Assembly: GCA_964252035.1 (NCBI GenBank)
Contig: OZ176207.1
Source of the DNA: Podarcis erhardii
Taxonomy: Eukaryota
DNA: 64,000 bases
Direction: 5' to 3' (one strand)
Shown here: in pieces, positions 37,359 through 49,622 of the stretch
Numbering within the stretch: the stretch's first letter is position 1
Layout of the letters: every line of letters begins with the position of its first letter
Translations under genes and position numbers: made by a program
The notes under the pieces: generated by a model
The model's input: the letters and a program-made list of their open reading frames with translations, nothing else
What the model was told of the DNA's origin: nothing
Database searches by the model: none

Positions 37359-39528
37359 CTCTAGAGGAACAAATTTGTTACTGTGTTCTATTTAAAAATG
37401 GAATCTGGTGATGACCACTTTAACATAGTTGTTTTAGTTGTTTCATGCCGTTGGGTTCAATTGATTTCAGATGCCTTAGGAGTTCATTTGATTACAAAGG
37501 TTTTGAGTTAGGCTGGTATACCATTTCCTAGATGGCAACAGGGAGTTTGGTCCTACTCCTAAGGAGGTGTCTGAACTCCCTTCCAATTACAGCTTGGAGT
37601 TTATCCAGTACTCTGGGATTTGTGGAGGCAGCCTCTGAGAGAAAGAAGCTGCAAACTGAAACTGGAAATACTGGTGCATATGTATAAGCACTTGGATCTT
37701 TACTCTGGGATCCGATTTCCAGGCACAGAAAGTTTAGGTTTTGTAAAGATATCTTTTATTTGGAGAAACATATGAAAAATTAAGGACTTATAGAAAAGAT
37801 GAAACAGATGACATGTTTTCCTCTTTTTAAAATCAACACATTTGGGAACATTGTAAATACAAGAAAAGACAGATTGATTCTGGTGGTACTTTAGAGACTA
37901 ACTTTTATTGTCTTTAAAGCATAAGCTTTATAGCCTATAGGTTACTTGAACAGATTTATAAGGTTGAAATTTATGATAAGGCAAGCATTTGACAGCTGTT
38001 GGTGTATACATTACATTCACTATCCATCTTCCTTACTACATCAAACTATACAGTATCTCACATGCATCACCTCAGATACAAGACCCTCTTCAAGAGAGGA
38101 GTCTTCACTAGTGTGGAGTATAACTGGGCTATGAAAAGGTGTGATGGAGTAATGTGAATCACATTTCATTATGAAATAGAGGTGTGCAAATATTCTTTAA
38201 GGCCTTGTAAATGTGGGAAGGAACTTTTAGGCTACATTCTTCCCTGGCAGTAAGCTCTATTTAAAGCAGTGAAATTAAGCACTTAGTAGATGTGCACATA
38301 ATTCTGCTGTAAGTCTTTACTTAAGCACTGTATTACAAAATCACACTGTATTTTTAGAGTCCTGTTCTTCTCACACCCCCAACTGGGTTGTAGCCAACTA
38401 AGTCATTGTACAAGTAGAATGGGTTAGATTCATGCAGTGGAACTTCCACCACCTTGGCTTGGTCCTTACCCCAAGCATCAAGCCCAGACCTGCTGTGGAG
38501 AATTAAGAGCAGAGAGGATGAGTGGAGGGGGTTCAGGGAGAGGAGGAGGAGGGGAAGTTCTGTTGTGTTAGCAGAAGTCAGAATGTACCGTATATAATCC
38601 TTTGCACATTGTTGACGCTGATATCAAGGTATTTGTGGAGCTGCAGATATAGTAATCTCAGATACAGTTACTTTCATTTCACCTTGTAAATATGTTAATG
38701 AAAGGGCATAAGGGTATAATGCCTTAACTAAGGACTTGGCACCTTACTCTTAAACTCATAACGTAGGGGTTTAGGCATATCACTATAATTTATTAAAGGA
38801 CTTTTAGCTGGTAGCTGTAGGAAATGACCAAAGGGGTTTTGTTAAGTTTAGCATTTTAATTATTTAATTAAATTTATATACTTCTTACTCAACGGAAGAC
38901 CTCCAAGCAGTTTACAAAGAACAATCTAAAATGTTCCTTAAAAATATTGTGTTGTTGGATTTGTTCTCAGTGTGTACATCTAAATTATTTAGCTACCAAC
39001 TTAGGTTAGTATTGGGGATTTAAGGTAACATATTTTTAGTTTTCTTAAATATGTAAGTCATGGGGTTGAAGATGATGGAGTAAACTTACTGAGCCCGTCT
39101 GTAGGTTATGGATTTCATTACATCTTCAGGATAATAGCAGATAAGGTAAACAGTGGCTTCCAAAAGGCTACCGTGCTGTATATACAAGTTGATTTACTAA
39201 CAATGCATTCATATACAGTATATATCTTTGCAGATGTAAATATAATTTATTTGTTTAAAAAAATGATATCCCAGTTTTTATCATTAGCTCTCAAAGCAGC
39301 ATACAATGATGCAAATATAAAATATACAAAATTTAAAACAGAAGTATTTAAATTCAATTCCTGAATAAACAAGGGTTGTGGTTTTCAGACTTTGTTAGTT
39401 TAAGGCGCTCTTTTCACATGACTGGTCTGTCATGATACCCTATGTACTGGATACAATGAATATATATACACAATCTGTTTTCATGGTGTGCTAGCCAGGC
39501 CATAATTGCCCCACATGGAAAGACTGTA

Positions 39529-39761
39529 CAGTAGTACCTCGGGTTACATACGCTTCAGGTTACATACGCTTCAGGTTACAGACTCTGCTAACCCAGAAAT
39601 AGTACCTCGGGTTAAGAATTTTGCTTCAGAATGAGAACAGAAATTGTGCTCCGGCGGCAGCAGGAGGCCCCATTAGCTAAAGTGGTCTTCAGGTTAAGAA
39701 CAGTTTCAGGTTACGAACGGACCTCCGGAATGAATTAAGTACTTAACCTGAGGTACCACTG
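39529..39761 (+). mobile_element. Tigger-like MITE, family A, ATP9B intron 1
   Basis: Same TIRs and TA TSD; about a dozen differences from the 34687 copy by eye. Confidence 0.9.
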
Positions 39762-41943
39762 TACTTCAGAACACCACCCAATATTCCTGTGTGACTATGT
39801 AGGAAATAATGTTTGCTATTATAAGCTTCCAAGTTTTCCCAGAACATGATTGGAAAATGGTGGTAAACTGGGTAATGGTGCTTAAGTAAACATTGCCTCT
39901 CTGAGATAAGAACTTTAGTTTTCTAGATACATAATTATTTACGTAAGTAAATCCTTGATACATTTTCAGATCATGTATACAATCTTGTTTTTGGCAAACT
40001 TGTTAACACTAGATAATCTGGGTAGCAGGTTTTGCACCGTAAAATGTGGCCCCATGTCCCCATGAAGCATGTTCTGTATATAGACTACTCATGAGTTACA
40101 TGCAAATCTTAGACTATTTTTTTCTTTTTTATTCTGAATTTTTAAAGTAGTTGTGAAATATTTGATTTGGTGAATTAATGTAAATCTGTTAATTGACATT
40201 TTGTGTTTGTATGGTATGAAATGTTGTTCTCATTGTCCAAATTGGAAACTTTTTTTTTTTGTAAAAGAAAATAGGTTTTTTTCACGCATTCAATAAAGAT
40301 ACAGTTTTAAAGCTATTTTATAGTCTACTTGATTCTTAGTTTGTATTATATGTTCTTTTAGAGTCCAGGAACAGACAGTTTCTGTTCTTGTGTTTTCTTT
40401 AATGGGGGAGAGAGGTTCAGAAAATAGGGTTTTGTTTCATTTTTCAGATCACCATATCTGTTTGTCTTAAGCATAGCTTTTCAGAAGCTTGCTTTTGAAA
40501 TATGCTACTTTCACATTTTAAAGATTGTCCTTTGAAAGCTTAGTTTATCTAATCTATTCTCAAATAAGGTTTTTTATTATTTAGGTTCAGGACTTATATG
40601 TGTGACTCATGCTCATGTTTACTGCCTGGCCTTTTTGTTATCTTCCCGCACCTCTAGAACATCTTTATGTTTTTGTATCTGTCTCTGATAACAAAGTACT
40701 TAAACCCTGGACAAAAATAGTGAGCATTCTCTAGTTTCATATAGTTAAGTTTTGTCAATGTCTTTGTATTAATATATCAGTCAATTCTCATGGTATCTTT
40801 ATTTTAAGATCAAGCCAGAGATAGTGTCTTGTTTTCCCCCAGTGTTATCCACAAAAAAGTAATAAAACAAGATACATCACTATACTATTTCAGTCAATCT
40901 GTTTGCCCAGTCCTATGAGACAGAATAATAGCACTTTATTCCAGTTAAGAATGTTCAAACAAGGGGTGTGACATAGGTTTGCAATAACAATGGTCACGTA
41001 GTAGATACCAAGCTTGCTGTTAAAACAGAAAACTCCAGCATTTATTGCAATAGAAATTTGGCAAACTAAAAGTCTTAGTTCTCATCCATGTAAGAATAAG
41101 AAGTTCTGACCCATCCTAGGTATGTATTTATGTGAACCAATGTGTGCGAGCTTGGTGCAACATGGGTATCGTTACAGGTCTTTCAGTTGTAGTTACTGAA
41201 AACGTTTCCAGATTCACTGGGAAAGTTGTCATCCTAGTTACAGAAATTGCTCTTCACTATATATGTGATTCATCAGCTCACATAATCCATAAAAATAAAA
41301 CATTATTTTAAATGGCTCTAAAAAGATATATAAAATTCCAAATATTGCTATGTTTCTACAGATGTGTTATATATAACCCATAAACATGAAAACTGCATTT
41401 AATATTCAACATGTACTGCATATGTGAACTTTGAGACTATGTTAAATATAAAATAGTTTGATATTTTGGTAGTATTATAACACCGCACATTTATTATTTC
41501 AAAAATAAGAGTTATAGGAGTTTTAGTTACTAAAACTGGTAAACCTACAGGGAAGTACTTGGAAAACAATTTAACTCCCCCGGTTTGGAATTACAAGTTA
41601 TCTTTTAAGATAGACTTCTGGAAATATTTCTGTAGTGCAGTTTTGCAGTGTATATCATGTGATATTTAAGAAGATATGAATACAGAGAATTGTTCAGCAT
41701 GAAGTTTGTGGAATCTGCCAAGATTTCAAAGTAGGCTGCTGTAATTAAACCAAAGAAATTATCAAGGCAATCTGGACTAGAAGGTGATTGCATGTGGAAG
41801 GGGATATATGGTTATCCCTTGCCGCCTTAGTGGCCAATCAGATGTATAAGAGAAGCCCAGAAATAGGATATCAGCAAAATAGACCTCTTCCGCTGTTGTT
41901 CTCTAGTGAATAGCATTTCTTCTGATCTAGGAGGCAGCATATA

Positions 41944-42169
41944 CAGTGGTACCTCGGGTTAAGTACTTAATTCGTTCCGCAGGTCCGATCTTAACCTGAA
42001 ACTATTCTTAACCTGAAGCACCACTTTAGCTAATGGGGCCTCCCGCTGCTGCCGTGCCACCGGAGCACGATTTCTGTTCTCATTCTGAAGCAAAGTTCTT
42101 AACCCAAGGTACTATTTCTGGGTTAGCGGAGTCTGTAACCTGAAGCATATGTAACCCGAGGTACCAGTG
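41944..42169 (-). mobile_element. Tigger-like MITE, family A, inverted relative to 39529
   Basis: Reverse complement of the 39529 copy, lacking one internal 16-nt repeat unit; TA TSD. Confidence 0.9.
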
Positions 42170-44920
42170 TAGTTACTATTACTAGTGGCTGTTGACAGGC
42201 TTAATTCTCCTTGAATTTATCTAATATACTTTTAAAACATCTGTGTTGGTGGCCATCACCACACCATGTTCTGGCAAATTCTGTAATTTAACACTGCACC
42301 TCATGAAAAAGTGCTTTCTTTTGTCTTTCCTAAATCTTTCCTAAATCTACCATTAAGCGCCATTTGGGCTGTCAGAAAAAGCACTCTCTGTCCACTTTAT
42401 CGACAGCATGCATAGTTTTACACACACATGCTTTTTCAAATACTCCCCTGATTCTCTGGAATAGCACACGAGGAAGGGGGACTTGGTTAATATTGCCTCT
42501 CTCTTTCTTCCTCCAGCAGATTGCTTCATGGGCAATGAGTTGTGTTCACAGCAAGTCTGACTCAATCCCGTGGAATTTTCCTTTTTCACTACTGCACAGC
42601 ATTCTGCTGTAATGACAATGTGTCATTTTCGTTACACAAACCTCCACAACCCAAGATCTTTTCCCTGGTCATTTGCTGCCAGTTCAGTGTTTGTTACACA
42701 ATGATAGGGGGTGAAAAAAAAAATCCATCCTCTATTTTTCTGCATAAAATGTTGCATTTCAAAAGTTCATTAGTACTGTAACAATGTCAGTTCCAAATAA
42801 ATAATAGGAAAGCTTGGCAGTTTCATAGTTTTTAGCTTTTTTATTAGATGCAAATAAAATAAACTTTCTAAATTAGATTATCCTGTAGGCCTGTAGAAAA
42901 GTTTTCCAAGCAAACTCAGCATTTTCCAATTCAAATTACCCTATGCAAATTAATTCAATTCATTTTTTTAAATAAATCTCAGAACACTTATGTGATAGTT
43001 TTTTTTGCCTCACTGTGCATCACTTTGTACTTAATTACAGTAAACTGCTTTTGCCATTTTAATGCTCATTCATACAGTTTGACTCTTTGCATTCCCCCCA
43101 CCCTCTTATATAGTTTGGTGTCATCAGTAAGCTTATCATATCATTTCTTAGTTCAACCCTAACTCTGATACAGCACCCCACTTCTTTGTGGCTAAGAATG
43201 AAACCTTAAGTGCTAATTCTCTCCAGAATTGCTGCAGCTAGTATGAAAGTTTCTCATAGATTAAAAGAAGCAAGGAGAAGATTGGGCTTGAGGAATGCTT
43301 CCACTATAAGAATGAAGTAGTGACTCCAAAGCAGCATATTATTCAGAAATAAAGTGCCAGAAATTTTGAGAAGCAATGGGAGAAAATTGTGACGATTTGC
43401 CAGTTCACCGTGAATTAAACATTAGGAGTAAGGCACGGAGAAACTTCGAGTTTTGCTTGACTTCTCAGGTTTTCTATATTTGACTATCATTCTGAACGCC
43501 TTGAAAAATAGAGGGGTAGGAATGTTACAATAGCTCCTTCATGATAGTGTATGTGCAGAAGTATATTTTGGTTTGCTGATGTTTACGTAGTTTGTGTAGT
43601 GATAATATAAAAGAAAACAACTTTTTAAAATATAGATATGATTTAAGCAGTAGACAGTAAATTGCAATTGGCACTTAATGAACTCATTTGGTTACTGTTC
43701 CTTTGAAAAGCCATCAAAGTTTGAAGAGAGTATGGTATTATTTTCACAGCAGATATTTATAAAAAAGTTAATTTTGAAGTACGTATTGTAATCTCTTTTC
43801 TCCTAGTTTCCTTTTTTGTTAGAACTTGTTTAATATTAATGTTCTTTTTCTTTTGGAAGCCATTTTTTCTCCAGATACCTGTCTTGTATCTGATTTAGTA
43901 ACACCAGTGATGTGTTATGCATACTTACTTATTTATTCATGTGGCTTTCAGAGCTTTATTTTATAAAAAGTTTCTAGCATTATACTTAATTGGTTTGTCA
44001 CTCATGGTAAACTAGCACAATTCAGTGTACATGGCATTAGATCACAAAGAAATCGAGATTTTTCCCTATGAAAAATCCATTATTCATCATTGTATTGTTT
44101 TTAAATAATATGGTAAAAATTCTAACACAATAGGAAAATTGCTTTTTGGAGAAGAATAAATTGCTTGCCAGTTCAAAGGCTGCATTTTGAAGTCAAGTTA
44201 CTAAACATTATGCTTATTTGTTATCTTAGTAGTTGGCACACTTGTAGAGTTAACACCACAGTTCTTGATTTTAAAATATTTTTGAGAAAACATGTTTTTA
44301 TAAGAGGTATGAATAAATTTCATTCTTTAACTCCTGAGATGATAAGAAATGCTTTTAGTTTACTGGTGAATAGAAATACGTAATTTTTGACAAAGATGGG
44401 TGTACCCTGTTTCATTGTCAGTTGTGCAATGGAGGATTTTGATTTTCTCTCCCCTCCCCTTCCCGCCCAGATTGAATAGTCAGGCATATATTTCTCAGTC
44501 TTAGAACTTTGTTTTAACAGCAATTGTTTCATGATTTTTCAGTGAGAATTATGTTGAGAAACGTATCCTATTAATGTGGTCCATTAGCCACTTTAACACT
44601 AACAAGTGTAAAGGAATGCCATGAGATATATACCATTGCTTATATGCGCCTGGTTCCCATATAATGCTAGGCCATAGTTGTTCAGCTAACCACAGGTTGT
44701 CCACAAATGATCAAACAAACAATGACCAGGGTTGTTTTGTTTTCCAGCTGCTCTTGCCTCATAACTTTGTAGCTTAGCAAGCACCTGAGGTCGAGTGACC
44801 AAACTAAACATGGTTAAGGAAGAGTTTGGGGTTAGCAAGTAATGCAAGAGTTCAATGCCACAGATCCAGAAGTACCAACAGCAGCATGTGGTTCCCCCCC
44901 CCATAAGATTTGACACTTGT

Positions 44921-45215
44921 ATGATGCCAAAGAAAGGGAGGGCAGTGGTTCTGCTCTCTTCAGTTCATAATGACACAGCAATCACAGAGCAGAATTCCAA
45001 GCATGAGATCATTCTTTATTCTAATAAAAACTTGTGATTAGATGGTCTCCACATATGCTTCCAAATGCATGATCAAGTTATGATCAGAGGTCATTTTTCC
45101 AAATATGGTGGACATTGGCTGCTTGAATGTCTTATATTGTTTGCAAGACAGTGGCCAGTGGTGTGAACATCCCCAAAGACACCTCCTCCTAGCAGGCCTA
45201 GGTCCAGAGTTGATC
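44921..45215 (+). mobile_element. Degenerate piggyBac-family transposase fragment, ATP9B intron 1
   Basis: MPKKGRAVVLLSSVHND...KHEIILYSNK, then after a frameshift D*MVSTYASKCMIKL*SEVIFPNMVDIGCLNVLY...QRHLLLAGLGPELI. This follows the piggyBac C-terminal catalytic region as I know it (PKKNKAVILLSTMH...KPEII.FYN.TK...DQM..TY...R.TRRWP...F.N..D....NA...RR.FL..L...L). Confidence 0.8.
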
Positions 45216-45633
45216 AAATCTGGACTGAAGTCTATGCACGCAGACGGCTTATATGGGATATCAAGACAGACAGCCTAAAAACTGGTATGAGCTGCTGAGG
45301 TTGACAACAGTAAAAAGAGAAAGGCCTTATCCAGGGCTTTTTCTCATCTGGAACTCAGTTCTGACACCTCCCAGGTCCTCTCAGTCAAACTAGCTTCAGG
45401 AGCAGGGGAGGATCAAAATGACTGCAGTTTTCTAACTATACCAGTGCACTTACTCATTCATGCTTAACTATTATTTGGCTTAGTGTGTGCAGACAAGGCC
45501 ATTGTCTGTTTATATATCAAGAATGCTTTGAATGCATGCTATATATACATAGCAGCTAAAAAGAATGTTATCAGTTATTTGGAGTTAGTCCAATGTTCTC
45601 ATTTATTTATCTATTTATTTACAAAACCAATAG

Positions 45634-45807
45634 GTACCAAGTAGAAGACGAGTCATCACATTTGGATGAAATGCCCCTAATGATGTCTGAAGAAGGGTTT
45701 GAAAATGATGAAAGCGATTACCATACTTTGCCAAGGGCCAGAATTTTTCAGAGAAAACGAGGTTTGGAATGGTTTGTCTGCGGTGGATGGAAGTTCCTTT
45801 GTACCAG
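45634..45807 (+). CDS. ATP9B: ATP9B coding exon 2 (174 nt, phase 2-2)
   Basis: Acceptor aatag at 45633; (R)[57 protein letters not shown]; donor CAG|gtttgt. Confidence 0.95.
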
Positions 45808-46448
45808 GTTTGTTGCTGTTTTTCTTTTCTTTTTTGTGATAGCTTGATTTCTGTCTTGTAGTTTAAGTAAATCCAGGGTGATTTTTAACATGGAAAGTAT
45901 TTTAAAGCAAAACTCATTATAATTTAGAAAGAAAAATATTTGAAAATTAAGAAACTGCAATTATGTGCCACCATGGAGTTTACTGTGGGGCAGGACGGGT
46001 TTGAACTGAAGTGGTGGAAGCAAACCCCAAAATACGTTTTTCTACCCTCTTAGGATTCCTTGTGGGATGGGGAAGAATTAAGAAATGCAGATAATCTTTT
46101 GCCTTTGTTCTTCCTTCATCCCTGAAGCTCTCACTGGAGGAAAGAGTGACTATGTGCCAGAAGTTATGTGATCTCTGAAGCTAATTCTTCCTAGCCTCCC
46201 TCTACTTGGCCTCTGTCAAGTCCCAAGGTGGTTTCTAAGCAGAGCAATTTCAGCTCAAAGAGCGTGTGCGAAGATGTGTACTTCTACTGAGACTTTCTCC
46301 TCTCCCCCAGGTTACTCTGGGAGAGTGTAACTTCCATTTCACCATGAGGCAAGTGGTGTAGGGAGGGGGATTCTGGACACAGCCATTGGGGAGTGACCAT
46401 GATGAGTGGCCAAAGATTGCTGCTCTTTGTCCTGAGTTTATGTAAATA

Positions 46449-46598
46449 CAGTGGTACCTTGGTTTAAGAACAGCCCTGTTTATGAATGATTTGGTTTACG
46501 AACTCCACAAAACCAGAAGTAGTGTCCCGGTTTGCAAACTTTACCTCGGTCTAAGAACGGAATCTGAAGGGTGGAAGGGCCCCATGGTGGGAAGCCTC
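46449..46598 (-). mobile_element. Truncated Tigger-like MITE, family B
   Basis: Matches the reverse complement of the 3' ~150 nt of the 12345 element; only one TIR. Confidence 0.75.
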
Positions 46599-48787
46599 AG
46601 AATCTGATTTTCCATTGTTCTTTGGCTCATCAGTGATGGCTGTTGTGCTCATTTCGTTACTATCAATAACATTTTATCCTCATGCTTTATTCTTTGTAGC
46701 TGGCTGCTGACACTGCCCATCCTCTCAAAATAGTTTGCCAAAAGGTCCTTTTTCCTAGAGTGTATCGTCCTTACAAAGTTTCATTAGTTTAGGAATTAGA
46801 ATGGGCAAAAATCCCATTTGGAGGCCTCATTCCTAACTTATTTTTTATGACCTGTAAAGAGAGATGGCAGTACCCTTTCAATGATGTTCCCGAGAGCCTT
46901 AACACTAATTCACTAACGGTGGGTAATATCTTGAGTTGATTGATGTTGGTGAAGGGGGAAACGTAAATTCATTAACTGATGATAAGTTAACATTTCAGCT
47001 TTAAAGGTTAAAAAGTACATGTAACTGATGACTCTAGAGTGAATACAAGTTAGAATTATCTCCCAGTACTCTGCTGTCATTTATAAACCTCTTGTGTTGA
47101 ACTCTCATGCTTGACTTTAGCAGAGTCTCTTGAGGAAATTAGTCCTGCATTGTCAGAGCTTTCTCATGTTAGACTTATATCAAATACACTTTTTCACAAT
47201 AAAAAGTTGCCGTAATTAGTAATGTGATAAAGATTTGTACATTTGCATGTGCTCAGAATTGTAAACATAGTCATTAGCTTTGGGTGCCCCCACATTTTTT
47301 CAGATACATTTATATAATCTGTTGACTTTTGCATTTCTGTTTGGGGGAGGCTATATAGAACTATAAAATGAAAATATCATTGATCAATTTAGTTTGGTTT
47401 GTCACATATATATTTCAGCTACAGTGCTGACAGCAGTGAAATGCTGTAATGAGAGCGACCTAGATGGTAGAGCTAGGTACTGTATGCTAGGTTTGGGGTT
47501 TTAGGAACAATTCTAAGGACAAAGATCAGTATATTTCTTATACCCAAGAATCTGCTGGAGCCACCACTTAAAAGTGTTGCCATTCACCAACCGGAGGGTT
47601 AATAGAAAGTTAGTTACAAACTGGAATGTACACAGACATCTACTGCATATACACTCTACATTACAGACCCCTCTCTGAAATGCACATAACAAACTATTAT
47701 GTACACCAGCCTTCCTCAGCTGGTACCCTCCATGTTTCAGACTACATCTCCCATCAGCCCCAGCTAGTTGAGAGGCAGGGCATCTTCTTAAAAGTTTTAC
47801 AAGTGATGGGAAGAAGCCAGGAGAACATCATGCAAAACAGGATGTATTAATTTTTTGACCACGTCTATAATTCTAGTGTGGTCTTCTTTTGCAGCACTAC
47901 TTTTTGTCTTTTGCATGTAGAAGAAGCAGAACATCACTGTCCACTTGCTCATAGATCTGGCTCTGTTGCTTCAGGAACTGTGATTACAGTGTCAGTGAGG
48001 GTGCTGATTCTGAGAACCAAATAGCTCACATGATACAATACATTATACAAAAAAACAGTTATTAATATACTTTGTGAAAGTAGCTCTTCTGAATTTTGAA
48101 GCCCGATGTCTAGGGCCTCTGATGCTGATGTCATAATGTTGTCTAGACGCAAACCAAATCAGCCATCTTTACTTATAGAAGTTTCAGTATTGCACTTCAG
48201 CTTTCATTAAACTTTGTTTAAAAGTTGAGAACTGAGCTGCTGTTTATCATTATTATTAGAATCAGTTGGGGTCTAAATCTGTCATGCAAATTTTGTGATC
48301 CGTGCACTATTTTGTCATGCTGCATGTGTTGTGCATTGGGCCTAAGCCAGTCTCATCCAAAGCCTTGAAATAAACAGTAAGACCACCTTCTCTAGTTTTG
48401 GCAAAGCCTTGTAGCATTGCCTTCTATTCTATTCAGTGATCTAAAGCAAAATGCGTGCTCTTTCAAAGCAGGAAGAGCATTCATCACATAGGAAAGACTG
48501 AGCTGAGCAGTTACGCAGCCATTTTGTAGCCCTGCTAGGACATGTGCCTTATTTAATTGAACTGTATCACTTGAACTCTGTGTCAGAATCTCTTGTGCAG
48601 CTCTGTAACACGAGTTATGTCTTTTAGAAATGTTTCCTCTCTATAGTAGCCCTTTCTTATTGTGAATAGTGAATTTATTATATCCAAATGTGATAGCCCA
48701 GCTCTTTCATATACCCAAATACAGAGATGGAACCATACATTCAGGCTTTAACATTTACCAAGGAGTAATTGAAGTCAGTTATATGTA

Positions 48788-49104
48788 CAGGTGGCTCTCA
48801 ACTTACTTGGGGTTATGTTCCAAAGATAGTACGTAAAGCCAAACTTGCTTCAGTTTTTTTGCCAAGTGCGTAAAGCTGAATGTACACAAGTTAAATGTGC
48901 ATGGGTTGCGAGTTACCTGTACAGTCATACTTCATGTTGCGTCCTGCTCTTGTTACGGACTTTCAGCTTACTAACGCAGCAAACCTGGAAGTGTTTACTT
49001 CCGAGTTCGCCCCCGTGCATGCACAGAAGTAATGTAATTGTGGAGTTTTTGGGGTGCGAACAGCACACTGAAACGGATTAAGTCTGCAGCTAGAGGTACC
49101 ACTG
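48788..49104. mobile_element. Two abutting Tigger-like MITEs (48788-48919 and 48922-49104) sharing one TA
   Basis: TA-CAGGT...ACCTG-TA-CAGTCATAC...GGTACCACTG-TA; TIRs imperfect. Confidence 0.6.
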
Positions 49105-49515
49105 TACAAGTGAGTAGACACCTTATAGGACAACACTGTTAAAGATGTTGAGTCTGTGAATTATAAGCTTAACAGACCTTGCTAAACGTCAGTTTTCCTC
49201 TAGATATTTTTAATTATAGAATTGCTTGCATTTTAAAACTGTCAGTAGCATCGGTATAAAAAATGAGAATATCTAAATATCTATTTCCTCAAATATCTTA
49301 AGTCTGAGGATACACTACCTATAAATGAGGTAACATTCTGCCCAAATTTATCCTTACAGTGTCAAAAACAACAAAATATCAAGCTCTCTCTTCTTTAAGC
49401 TTGTTAAGCACAGTAGCTATGTTACCTTTCTCAGAATTGGCAGAATTCCTGTGTGCTTGATTTCAGTGATCTGTAATACGATTAATGCCTTCAGAAAAAT
49501 ATAACCAATGAATAG

Positions 49516-49622
49516 TATTCAACTAAGTTTTACTCAGAGTAGACCCATTGAAAGTAATGTACTTGACTAAGTTAGGTCCATTAATTTCCCTGCGTCTACT
49601 CTGAATAAAACTTAATTGAATA
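49516..49622. mobile_element. Palindromic MITE-like repeat (superfamily uncertain)
   Basis: 29-nt arms tattcaactaagttttactcagagtagac / gtctactctgaataaaacttaattgaata with 2 mismatches; fragments near 10795 and 11240. Confidence 0.7.

Noticed and set aside
37522-37540. Partial CTCF-like matches (also ~26730, ~47455, ~63335)
   Set aside because: Each has several mismatches in the CCASYAG half of the core.
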